DNA of 64,000 nt from Takakia lepidozioides (taxonomy: Eukaryota > Plantae > Bryophyta), in the NCBI GenBank assembly GCA_030704615.1, contig CM060731.1:81406001-81470000 (forward strand). The letters are read 5' to 3'. Made by a program: the position numbers and the translations under genes. The notes under the pieces were generated by a model. It was not told the DNA's origin and searched no databases. It saw nothing but the letters and a program-made list of their open reading frames with translations. Below are positions 41,751-54,088 of the stretch, one piece after another (positions within the stretch are counted from its first letter, which is position 1; every line of letters begins with the position of its first letter).

Positions 41751-42238
41751 TTGAATGAGAGGGTTGCAAAAGGATTGAGCTATGGTGATGGATCCAGCGC
41801 CCACATCAGAGACCCATAATCTTTCCTCCCACAACCTGCACAAACAACCACAGATTTTAGGGCAAGACTGCTTCCTTGTAGTGTTGTTACAAGAGAGAAG
41901 ACCTCAAGTCGTTCATCCTCCTCACAAATAGATGACAGTGACGTCCTTCATCAAGCATTCTGACGTGCACTTGTCCTCGAGGCATCAGTTTCGTTCATAG
42001 TCTATCGTTCATATTTCTCGTTCGTTGTCCATGGATTCCCAGAGACAAGGTCTCCTACGAAGCTCCAGGTTTCAATTTCCATTTCTTCTCCTCATTCCCC
42101 CACTTCTTTTGACGTAGCAGGACAACGCATCTGCTCACGCATTTGATAAGGATGTAACGATGTAACTGCCTTCCATCACAGCATGCCGGAATACTTACTT
42201 TCGGAGTCAGCTCGCACAAGTCCGGATCGAGACAGAAG

Positions 42239-42790
42239 ATGGCTAGACAAACCGCGATAGAATGGGATTGGTCCGTGCAAGAAGCGGAGGCGGATCAGCG
42301 TTGCTTTTTCTCTGGCCCTGTGTATTATGAATTGAGAGCGATACAAACTCTTGAGAAGCTGCTCATCCCGAGGACCAGAAATGCTTACCTCCCTGAGATG
42401 CTTCGTCTTCGTGCACGGTAAGAATCTTAGCTTTGAATTTCATAATGTGTCTCTAATCTTCCTTGGACCTTCTACTCAGCTGTTACAGGCATATTTCTTC
42501 CTGGATACGACACCTAACTGATGTGATGGAGTGGAGCTGTGATGACCAATGAATATTTAGGAAGTCACTTCTTGCAGTGTTGTGTGTGTCTTTTGGTACT
42601 CTGGCTGGTCTGCTATGACTACTCTGGTCTATGATGGCTCCTAAGTTCGAAGAACCCAAATACTGCTGTGATTTGGACAGTCAGATTCTTTCAATCTGGA
42701 ACCCTCCAGGTACAATCTTGGAACCTCATACATGGACCATCGCCAGAAACCAAACTCTGTGATGCTTTCCAATACATGAGGATGTTATTG
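42239..42790 (+). pseudogene. Possible degenerate cyclin-box gene remnant or small two-exon ORF
   Basis: ATG 42239, donor CG|GTAAG ~42418, acceptor TACAG|G ~42488. Fragments YYELRAIQTLE..P...Y, RHISSWI and LAGLL*LLWSMMAPKFEE weakly resemble cyclin box motifs. Confidence 0.25.
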
Positions 42791-43294
42791 AGAGTCCTCT
42801 GTTTGTCATGAGCTTGGGGGTTGATTGAGAGTAAAAAAGAAATGATCTTTATTCACCATCTATGGGTGTAGACAGGCAGCTGGGGTTCTAAAAGCCACAC
42901 AGCAGGATACAACTGGGTTCTGGAGACATGCATAACAAAGCCTGCTGCTATGAGGTACCAGCAACCAGTTGTTACAGTAATATTCACTCTGTGACTATGC
43001 TAACTAACCTCTGCTTGATCCTAGTAGTTATTGATCATACCTATCAGAATGCATGGGTTTCCCATGTCTGTTCGACATCACATCTACACATTCATGCCCA
43101 GCTTATGGACTTGGAACACTATATGTTGCCACATCTGACTGGCTACTAATTTTGCCATCCTCTGCGTGAAGGCAATTGTATCTATGAATGTTCCATTGCC
43201 CCCACTGCAGTATGGATCAATATGATTGATGACTTATCACTGATAACCTTACTCAAAGGTTTCCTACCTTCCCATGTAGTTTTACACTATACAA

Positions 43295-46200
43295 TCAATA
43301 CGCCAAACCCTGGACTTTCAAAACACTCTCTACCACCTGCATCTTGCTGGAAGTTTTCTTCAGTCTCTCACCAACATGATGGTTGTTGGTGACATCCACT
43401 GGAGTGTCATCCTCATATGCAGCCAGATGCACACCAGCAGCCGCTCTGCCTGACGGGTCCAAGTTGTTGGACCATGCCTCATCCCAGGCTACGGCTGCTG
43501 CAGTACTACATGCCACACTTGGTCCTCCTGGCACTGTCAACCGTGCTGATTGCTGCCATACATGACACTCAAAATCAAAATTCAGGTCTGGTATCATGTA
43601 CACAGTGAGAGAGGGAGAAAGAGACGAAAACATGCTTGAAATTATGCTACAGATATATTATGCAAATATCATACGAATGCTAGTCTATTTCTCACAAGTG
43701 ACATGGCATACATTTTTAGCTGTCAGCTGCCTTTGGAGCTGTATTAAGTTTATTCATCAACAACTAACCCTGGGATATTGGTTAAGCAACTGCCTCCAAA
43801 TGTAAGTTGGAGAGAGAAGCCTCAATTTCAATACAGTGTTACATGTAAGAAAGCAGAGGGAGAAAATTGGCACTGACTTGAGGAAAGCATTTTTCAAAGA
43901 GCATACGGTAGAAATAGGCCTCCTTGGTGCTTGGCGTGTTGTGTGGGTAGATGTGCTTGGCATGTCTCAACATCTGGTCTGTCACCTGAATATGCCCATG
44001 GAGCCTACCTTAGCAAGACTATTGTTGCTTTCGAGCTCAAAGCCTTGCAATACAGGATATATAAGGCTTTAGTTTCAACCATCAAAGTTCTCCTTTGAAT
44101 CAGATATTTTTGTGTGACTGAAGCACACAATGAGCACTATTTCAGAGACAAGCTGTTTGAAAATGGAATCTTTTCTTTTTGTTGACATTGAAGGGGGACA
44201 CAGCTCCCCTGGCACTTCTCTTGGGATTATTTAAGGGAAAAATTTTAGAACCTTCAGATACACCTTTGAAGTAAATTATGTCAAGTAAACCAATGTCTAT
44301 GGCATATTTGTTGATCTCAAAATTAGCTGTAGTAGTTTTCTCTACATCCCAACAAGCCATCCACAATCAGGTAGCAGGAGGGTTTTCAAAGTTGGAACGC
44401 AATTTTGTCAAACTGATTTCTATATTTAAAATGAGTCAATTACCTAGAAGTAATGAAAAGAGAAAGAGGAATCTTACATGACTTGCCACATGGGCCTTAA
44501 GCTCATCAATCCAGCTGTAGCCAACTCCATCACTGAATTGTTCCTTTTGCCTATACAGAATGTGCTGTGCATTAACACAATCCACCGTGCCCATCCTCCT
44601 TTGTCAGTATTTACCACTCACTCGTGTAGACTGAGCTCTTATGCCTACTATTGCCTCTTATCCCTATATTGCAACCAGAGAGTGATAACATTGTACAATA
44701 GTGTAAGCACAGAGTCGGAAGAACGATAAAGACATCTGTCCTGATGCAACATTACCAAGACTGTAGGGAGAAAAGAACACAGCAAGTAGGGTAGACCTGA
44801 GGGAGATAGGGATTCTCCTTGTCATCAAATGCTTTACGCATAATCCACTTCTCAATGCGCCCTTCTTCGGGTCGCACCTGCATGAAGAAGAACCGAAAAT
44901 TAGAAGCAGGAGATCATTAGAGAAGTACAGAGTACAGACAACTCTACAATCCATGCAAGGGGATATATGAACTATTACACATGAAGAAACAAACAAACAC
45001 AACCAGAGGTGGACAAGAGAACAAACGAAAAAGCAGGGGCGCACCATTTTTTCAGCAGGGTCAATGGACATAGCAAGATTGATGAAATCCTTGTCTAAGA
45101 AGGGCACCCGTGCTTCTAAGCCCCATGCTGATGTGGCCTTGTTAGCCCTCAGGCAGTCATAGAGGTTGAGCGCCTTTATCTGTCCATGGTGAAAAGATGA
45201 GCAATGTTTTTGCCTTACCTTGCTATGTACAAACTTGGATGGCATGACTCCATTGAACACTAATAACCAGGTCATAGTCAATTCAGAACTGACAAACAGT
45301 CTGAACCCAGAAGAAAATACTCAGAAAACAAACAACTGCCCAGGATAAGGAGAAATCTAGTACAGGAAACCCACAGGTCTCAAGCGAGAGAGATGGAGGG
45401 AGAGAAAGACCTTTCTACAAGTTTCGCGATGCAACTCCTCCTTACTGGGGGCCTTGTGGAAGTAAAGGTATCCACCAAATATTTCGTCAGCACCCTCACC
45501 AGAAAGTACCATCTTCACACCCAGGGCCTTGATTTTGCGTGCCATCAAAAACATGGGAGTGCTCGCTCGGATTGTGGTCACATCATATGTCTCGATGTGG
45601 TAGATCACATCAGACAGAGCATCCAATCCCTCCTGAAAACACCTCACAACACCAGATGTGTCAAACTCCACTTGCTACAAACCATACAAAGACCAGACAC
45701 CAAAGGTGTACTGTAATTCGATGGCGAAATTTGACGAGAAGTTCAAGCAATAACAATTGTCTTAGCTTTCAGACCAGTGGTTATAAAGCCGAATCGAAAT
45801 TGAAACAATCTTTGGAGGGTGGGCAAGATGTTCTCTCAAAGTCCTTCAAAATGTCGGACTGTTCTGAGAAACTTGGATTCACCTTTAGTGATAGGAGGAT
45901 TGAGCATCATGTGGGGTATCGTTGTTGAGATCTAAAGAAGGATCCTGGTGTTCACCACACCCTGCGACTAGCAATGGCGGACTGAGGAGGATACCTGAAT
46001 CGTGAAATGGACTTCATGGTGGAGCGTCCCAAGGTAGTTTGCAACTTCCTTTGCAGCTTTTAAGTCAGGTGACCCCTACACCCGGAACCACCATCGAGTG
46101 TCATCAGACCTTCTTCATCAAATTTGTTTATCTTCGCAAGACTTCTCGGATGTCCTCAAGGTAGTATTGGCAGTCTAATGCATGTTTATCGGATAATGGG

Positions 46201-48235
46201 TGCAATTGAAGCCAAATCAGTCCTACTTTGATGACAGAAGATACAAATCACAAAAAAGGTGATGAAGAAAGGAGTTTTCGGACAAGTACCTCTATGCCAA
46301 CACAGAAAGAGTGAAGTTGAGCGCCCCAAATGCTGGCAGCTCTGGTGCCAGCTAAATGCCGGGATGCGACAGCAGCCACGAGCGAGGAATCCAGGCCGCC
46401 GGACAGCAACACTCCAAAAGGCACATCAGTCATCAGCCGCTTTACTACTGCCTGCAGTGCCGCCCCATACACCAATGTAACCCAATCTCAAGTGTTCCAA
46501 CCCACTTCACTGGACCAGGATGACTCACGAGTTGTGGTTGTCGATGAATGGAGGATTCGAAAACCAAACAGCCGAGAGAGTGAAGCATACCTTCTCAAAT
46601 GCAGCACGCAGAGCAAGTGGGTCGTAAGGAGTTGATGGAATGGTCATCTCATTGAACCAGGGTGGGTTATAGTACCTGCTCAGCCCTCCTGTGATCACCA
46701 TGAATGACAGAGTCCCTCAGCCTGTTACCTTTGGACGGCAAGGATAGCCCTATGCTTGTAGAAATGAACACAGATTGGGTGCCAACCTGCATTGCTCGAG
46801 TAGATGTGACCAGGTGGGAAAGTTTCGAAACGCTCACAATCATCTTTCAAAGCCTTCATCTCCGATGCAAACCACACAGACCCTGCGATGCCCACCCCTT
46901 TCTTCAAATATTGACCACCTCACTCGAATCAAGAATAACAACTTTGCTTTTAACAGTGGAAATTCCTCAACTCAATCCCGCCCTCCCCCTCGCCCATCTT
47001 TCAAATCCTTCATCTCCGATGCAAATCATACAGACCCTGCGACGCCCACCCCTTCTTCAAATTATTGACCACCTCACTCGAATCAAGAATAGCAACTTTG
47101 CTTTTAACAATGAGTGGGAATTCCTGTACTCAATCCCGCCCTCCCCCCCGGCCCCTCAAAGCAGCAAAGTCTAACATAAGAAAGGAGCAGAACAGAGACC
47201 GTCAGCGCCCCACCCAAGGTAGAGGGGGGTGATCCCGATAGGATCGCGAGCAGCAATGAACGAGTTATCGCGCAAGTCCAGCAACACAAACGAAAACATC
47301 CCATCGAGCTGATGCACGAGATCCTCTCCAACGTCTTCATACTGCACCGTAGAAAACAGGAGCATACATCCAGACTAACTGTGAGCACCAGAAAATGGGC
47401 TGCTAGTTTTTCCATGCCAAAGGAAGAGGCAAAGAGAGAAAACTCCAAGTTACTTCAACCCTACACCCAATCTTCCTGATCAGTGAATTGACAGTACAGC
47501 CTAGATGTAAGGTACGCCTCACCAGATGTGCAATGACTTCGCAATCACTCTGGGTATTGTACTTGTGTTCTTTCATCGACGCCTTCAGGGCCTCATGGTT
47601 GTAGATCTCTCCGTTCACCTGCAACCGCCGAATACAAGTTTACAGGGGCACGATACATTCTAGACAGATCGGGTGCACATGGGACCTCGCTATGGGGAGA
47701 CGTCCCCTGCATGTCTTCATTTAGACTACACCGGGTCAATGACTCGCTGACCCAATTCTCTGAGTGAACGAGACAGAAACAGAATAAAGGCAGCGGGTGG
47801 TGAAGCTCACGGCAACGACGATGTCTCTGCTTTCATTGTACAAAGGTTGGTCACCCGACGTGGGGTCGATAACGGCCAGTCGCTCATGCGCGATGTAGCC
47901 GGCACCCTGTCCAACAAAGAGCCCACTCCAGTCGGGCCCCCGATGCCTCAACCTGCATTCATGCTCAAGGTCAGCAATTGGTGGAGAAAACAAGCAGTCA
48001 AAACAAGCAGTCGAAGGGATTTCCGAAAATTCGAAATCAACAGCTTTGTGCAATGGACACTGTAGCGTAAGCTGCTGCCACATCTACCTTCAGATCGGGT
48101 GACAATTCCTCCCTAATGAGCTAGAGAGAAAGAGAGAGAGAAAGAGATCAGCTACCTGCGAGAGAGCTCAAGAATGCGGGCTCGTCTGGATGGAGAGTTG
48201 TCATGCGATCCCAAAATCGCTAAAATCCCACACAT
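43295..48235 (-). CDS. ASN: Asparagine synthetase (glutamine-hydrolysing), 14 exons: 48235-48156, 47952-47811, 47618-47523, 47341-47200, 46882-46787, 46688-46591, 46451-46290, 46075-45995, 45632-45411, 45179-45045, 44877-44797, 44564-44478, 43985-43878, 43552-43295
   Basis: MCGILA start, [64 protein letters not shown]; GT-AG junctions. Confidence 0.96.
46841..47154. repeat. 154-bp tandem duplication spanning the ASN intron 4 / exon 5 boundary
   Basis: CATCTTTCAA...CCTTCATCTCCGATGCAAA...ACCCTGCGA...CACTCGAATCAAGAATA...CTCAATCCCGCCCTCCCC begins at both 46841 and 46995. Confidence 0.92.
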
Positions 48236-51200
48236 TCTCACACACACACAAACTCTCTCCTCTCTCTATGGATATCTAAAAATGAAAAGATCGCTGGTTG
48301 ACGACGTTGTAATCGTAAGTGGATGGGAGGGGACTATGGGCGGGTGTGAGCTCAATTTATAGGAGAAATAGGACGAGGGTGGAACCCACATGCAGAATCT
48401 AGGCCTGTGGACCCCGCAGTCCCGGCATAGTAGCCTGAAAGCAGCTTACGCCTGGAAGATTGAGATTTCTGCCAATTGGCCATCATTTTACAGTACCTAT
48501 CCAGTCCCTTTGCGTAGCGTATAGAGCCCATTCCCGACTTCTTGGGGTAAGTAGGTAGCCCCTCTGGCTCTCCTTTCCTCTCAATTTTTTCCCGGCTGTT
48601 GGTTGTTTGAAAATGTCGGAGTTCAGACTACGAGGACAAAGAGTCCGCCCAATCACAGTTTGCCATATAGATTCACCTCACTCAGACTTAAGGCATCTAC
48701 CTGGAACAATCCGCATATTCTAGAAACATCAATCCCTATCCTATCTAGCTCGACTCGATCAAGCTCCCCCTTTCAACTTCACAGAGTGATCAATGCAAAT
48801 GGATTCCAAAGACTATCACTCCAAATTTCAGTTGGTGCGTGGTTAGGGGAGGTGGTTGGTGAGGCGAGGCGTGTTCATGGCACACGCAGCATCGCTTTAC
48901 GGACATGCCGTAGAACGAAAGCAGGTAGATGCGATAGGACAAGTCTGCGATAAGGGATCATGCCAACCTCGTGAACAAGTACTCTTATCAGCACTGCACT
49001 GCCCATACGCGGCCTCGTGGACATGGCAGATCATTGCACAGCCCCTTCATCAATGCATCGACCTCTACTTACACAGTCAGCTCAGCTCTCCTCTCTCTCT
49101 CTCTCTCTCTCTCGATCGCGTGATTTCCACGCGCGTCTACTCTACAGTCTACAGTGCGAGACGACATCCCGTACCTGCAATGATTCTGGCGATTCCCTGC
49201 TCCCATTCGCCGCGCCCGCGCTGCGTTGGTTTCTCCGTCACTTATGCCTACTATATTATTCATATTTCGATTGAGTAATGTTAGTCGCCCATTCGCCGCG
49301 CAAGTACGGTTTGTCGTACTATTTCCCGTATACCTAATTTTACATTAGGTATATGGTTCTTTAATACATTGTTTAATTATTTGTTATCGATTTGAATACT
49401 ATTTTCTCCCCTTATATATAAAATTATGGCTCTGGCTTTTTTTATAATGATAATTAGTAGGTATAGAGAAACCTCGTTGAGAAACTAACCTGACCTGTTT
49501 GGGCTACACTTTTAGGGCTCATACTATCTGGAATATTTGAAAAGCCCGCTATGCCCTTGTCTTTTCTGGAAAGCCGATTTGTGTTAGGTCTATTCTGTTG
49601 AAGTCTCACTCAGACCTCATGTCTGAGACTCGTAAATTTTGGGGTTAGCTCTTCGCAGATGCAGACAGAGGAGGCGATCTCAGCTTCTCGTTGAATTTGA
49701 TGGCTCATGGGGCAGGGGAGCTCTAATCTGCTCCAGAGAATAAGATTCATTGGTACAAGCTAGCAGTTCTCTTAGCACCAAACGCTGGGGCGAGGAGCCC
49801 GAGGTCAATTGGAGACACCATAGGTCCTTTAGGAAAGGAAAGGCTAAGGCTCGGCTTTCCTTTGGCAGCATCAGTTGATTTTAGCTTCTGCTCTATGTTC
49901 AGTGCTTTAGCTTTTGCTTAGCTTCTTCTATGGACAAGTGCTTCAGCTTTAGCTTTGGCTTCTTCTTCTGCTCCTAGACAGTAGCTGCTCTATTTCCCAT
50001 CCTTAGGCTTCAGCTGCTTGCTGTTGTTTAGGATCCTCCTTGCTTCTGCTCTTCTCTCTTTTGCAGACCTATGCTGCATTGCTCTCTGTCCGTTCCAGCT
50101 GTTTCCTTCTTGACCCCCTTCTCTTTAGTTTTTGGTGATGAAGCAGAGCCTTCCCTTATCAGCCTCCAGGGCACTCTTCCAGAGGTTATTTTTTTCCTCT
50201 TTGTAATTCTCGGAGGTTTTGGTCCTTATACTGTCCCTCTTCTCTAATTTTTATTTTTTTAAAGCCCTGACCTTGCGGAGCTCATGGGAGGATTTGAATC
50301 CGGTACCATCGGGGTTGGCACTACAGTACTCATGGAAGGCTACCTCAAAACATTAGCCAATCCGTATCGGAAATTAGATGTGGACATCGGCCGAACTACT
50401 TACGACACAAATTATTCGGGGTGTAATGTGGTGTCGCAATAACGATAATCTCTTTTATCTTTTTAAGGGAAACCTGGGACCAATTAGGACACTAACAGCC
50501 CCTTTCATTTAAGACTGCACCTCAGAGATAATATAATAGCACACGCGAGGATGAGAAGGTACGTAATAGGATTCGAACCCCGAATCACCTGGGTGGCACA
50601 CCCAACTGGAGGTACTTGTGGATCTTCCCCGGGAGACATTCGACCTGATCCACAGGTATAATTTTAATGTTATTGACTCTATACTTTATTTTATATATAG
50701 CGTAATATAAGTAAAATACTTAGAGTGGGCCTAAGCAGATTCCGAGGCAGGCCCTCAAGTGCGAGCATGGGTCATGTGCCTTATCAACCTGTCCCCATTC
50801 GACACGTATGTGGATAACTATTGTAAGAGGTAAAGTCCGTGCTTCTATGGGATTCGAATTTCAAAAATGTGCGAAAACATGCGGGCAGGAACTTTAAAAA
50901 TGCGGCGGAATTATGCGGGTGAATTCCGTCAACGCCCCCGGAAAAGTTGGGAGGTGATATTCCATCATACTCCTATTCCTGGGACAAAAGCATGGAATGG
51001 ATTTTCCGGACACTGTTTCCAGAACCGGGCCCAACCCGGAGGTATGGTAATCTCATTGAACAAAAGGCAACTGGATTGACTCCGGAAATTTTCGTCCGCA
51101 TGCCGTACATAGAATAAGTGTGGTACTCTATCTAGAGGATCAGAGGGGACTTGGAATTCAACCCAGTCAATTGTTTTATCGTACAACATGAAAACACTTG

Positions 51201-52405
51201 AATAGAAAAACATTGCATTGTTTGTCTTTGACTCATCCTATCTTATAATCTCATAGAACTTATTCCTATGTTTTATAAGTTTATAAAATAAATTTTGAAT
51301 TCAGAATAATGTGGAATAGAGATTGGTAGATGCATGGCACGTTGTCGATGTACACAATTGCCCTACAAAAGAACATGCATTGGCTAGCGGACTACCCAAA
51401 GAAAAGCGCCCTATTGTTTGGGTAGATGATGTTATCTCAAATCTAGTGTACAACTGTCATAATGTTTTGAGAAGAGAGAGAGAGATGACTCTGGCCACAA
51501 GTCGGCCCACAACCCTTGTGCCTTAGAGTCAGTATGTCTTGCAACTATATTTGTTCCTTTTGGGGGCGGGGCTCTATTGTGTTGGAGTTTCAAATTTGGC
51601 TTATGGATGGGTTGTTTGTGAATGAGTTTTCTCTCATTCATGATGATAATTGCAAAGGATACGATGGTTGTGAGGTGGATGTCCTTGAAGCATACGGCAC
51701 TTGTCTGATTTGGTAATTGCATGTGGTCTCTAAGAGAGTCAAGGTTGCGTGTATGTATACTACTTGCATGGACCCCTGTCTTGATGACCGTAAGGGGGCG
51801 ACACGCTAGCCTCATTAGCGAAGGGCAAGTATGAGTGGGGCATACATCTTTTTCTCTTTTTGAGTGGAGTACTTGGGTAGGATAGTGATCATGACAATAT
51901 GTGAATGTAGATCTCATAAAAAGATACGGATCGAGCATGGCCCTTGGGGTTGGGACTAGGTAGTCCCTTGACTTGTAGTATGTTTGACGGTAAAGTCTAG
52001 CGAGGCATTGAGAGTGCAAATTACCTCAATGTTAGCAGAAGCCATGGCCGGCCCAAGTATTGTGATTTGGGGATCTACCTTGGCATGTACCAGTAAATAA
52101 TATCATCTTGATTTTGGGTGTTGCATGTAAAAATATGTAGATGTCTACATACAGCTTGTTATGCAAAAGACCATAATAATATGGTGTAGGCTTTGGCTCA
52201 AGAGATGGCATCTTGTACATAAATACAATTACTCAGATTATAAATGTAAGAGCAGACAAGGCAGATGTTCTATCCCCCCTCTTAGCATTTCAATAACCTT
52301 CAAACACTCACAAAACAAACTTTGATCTCTCCTTCGTCTCTATTAGCTATTTTGCTAAAGTCACGGGGAAGTTTCCCCCCAGTAAGTCCTCACGGCCTCT
52401 GCAGT

Positions 52406-52505
52406 GGTTGTTTTTTCCATTGATATGACTCTACTTTTAATTAATTTGATTAAAAGGGCCTCTATCCCCTTTTACGAAAAAAAAAAAAAAAAAAAAAAAA
52501 AAAAA
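52406..52505 (+). mobile_element. Short LINE 3'-end copy with long poly(A)
   Basis: ~70 bp matches the reverse complement of 33475-33545, followed by an A-run at 52477-52505. Confidence 0.7.
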
Positions 52506-53307
52506 CAGAATATGTATTTGCGTTGGTTACCCCTATATTGAGCATATCAAAGTAACAAGGTGGTCGGATCTAGATGTCGCTAATAGCATTGGTAGTCCAA
52601 AAATGGTTAAGAGAGCTTGTGGTCTAGAACATTAGATTCTCAACATGTTCATCCATGTTAGGAAGATATGCATGTCATCATGGCATCCACTAGCCTTTAA
52701 CCACGAGAATATTTTAAGCTTTGTGACCACTACATATATAAAATTTTGCGTCTCGTTGAAAGATGATAGCGTCTTCAATGTGCACGCATGTGCTTGTGGC
52801 GGGGCCATGCATAGTAGAGAGGGTTGCGAAGGGTGGGAGCGCCCCTACCGTCAACGGGTCCGCTATAGCTCAGAGCCGGTTCCATGGGCACTCCCAAACG
52901 CCCCCCCCAAGCAAGCGCCCCTAGGAGGGAATTGCCCCTTAACAATGAGAAGGGGTGGTTCCATTGACACCTTTCCATTCACCCCTCTAGAAATCTTTGG
53001 CACCAATTGTTTGGGCCCATGACATAGTAAATGGACAATTAATATAAGTTTTGGATGAAAATATAAAAAATCATTCCCTCCTCTAAAATTTAGCTTAAGT
53101 TTGGATGGAAATCAATGTATTATGTAAGTCTGCGGGCCCCGCTACAGGAAAAGACAAAGGTGTCAGTTAGGGGCGCCGTGAAACTCGATCACCCCTTGTG
53201 AAGGGACGGCTTTTTTGCGCCCCTTAGCAAGGGGCGAATCCGTGGGGGCGCCCCTTAGGGTATATGCTATTTGGACCAATCGCGCCTCACTAATCCTGGG
53301 GGCGATT

Positions 53308-54033
53308 TGTCGCGGCCCTTTGCCTTGAGGGCAGGGGGTCGGGACACATGAGGGGCTGCCCCTGTGGTGGGGGCAGCGGCAGCGATAGGTATGGGGGGCT
53401 GAAGCACCCTTGAGTGCCCAAGGCACTCAAGGAGGCGGAGGCTCACTAGGTGGAGCCCCGCACACGGGGTTGCGGTGGGGGTGGCTCCACAAGGGGTGGT
53501 GGTAGCTTAGCGGGACTTAGTGGGGGTGGCATAGGACTCACCATAGGGGCGGAGACCTCGTGGTGGGAGTCGTGGGGAGTCTTGGGACTCATCACGGTCC
53601 ATAGTGGCCGTGGTGAGTGGGCCAAGACTCACCGACTCATCACCGGGAGTCGAGGGTTTTCGTGGTGGTTCGCCATAAAATGGCATGGCTGGTTGTGAAA
53701 CCCCCGCGGACAGCTACAGAAGTATATATAGGGAGTAGTAACCCCGAGAACGGTGCAAGCCCGTTGGTGACCAAAAACTAGTGAATAAGCGAGCGAGCGA
53801 GCCGGAAAGCGACCAAAGAGTGGGGAGCTGTTCCGGATTGCCAACTACAAAAGGGAATTTCCGCTGGTTCCAAAGCGGTGGAGGGTTCTTTGGGAGAACA
53901 AAGGGGGACCGTTATGCCCGGTGAGCAGCCGAAGCTCCAAGTTGGCCCGGCGGCCAGGTTGGGAATCAGGCGCGCGCATCAAAGCGAGTAACTATGACTT
54001 GAGGGGGAGCTTACCGAAGGGAGGTGCGCGACA
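53308..54033 (+). repeat. 5' LTR
   Basis: Near-identical to 59349-60076; TATA-like TATATATA at 53723-53730. Confidence 0.95.
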
Positions 54034-54035
54034 CT

Positions 54036-54047
54036 TGGTATCAGAGC
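54036..54047 (+). promoter_or_regulatory. Primer-binding site (tRNA-iMet)
   Basis: TGGTATCAGAGC 2 nt after the LTR-terminal CA. Confidence 0.95.
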
Positions 54048-54088
54048 TTAGAGTTCAGTACGCGATCGTCCTTGGGATTGGCCTCATT

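Noticed and set aside
50965-52220. Minus-strand ORF fragments (82, 195, 62 aa)
   Set aside because: No recognisable domain or consistent splice structure; possibly decayed transposon sequence.
53731-53835. Twister-ribozyme-like motif in the LTR (TAACCCC...AACGGTGCAAGCCCGTT...GGGGAGC)
   Set aside because: The loop is one nucleotide short, the GC needed for the second pseudoknot after P2 is missing, the P1 register does not fit, and the 5' part lies immediately after the TATA box. More likely a simple R-region hairpin; an Infernal search would settle it.
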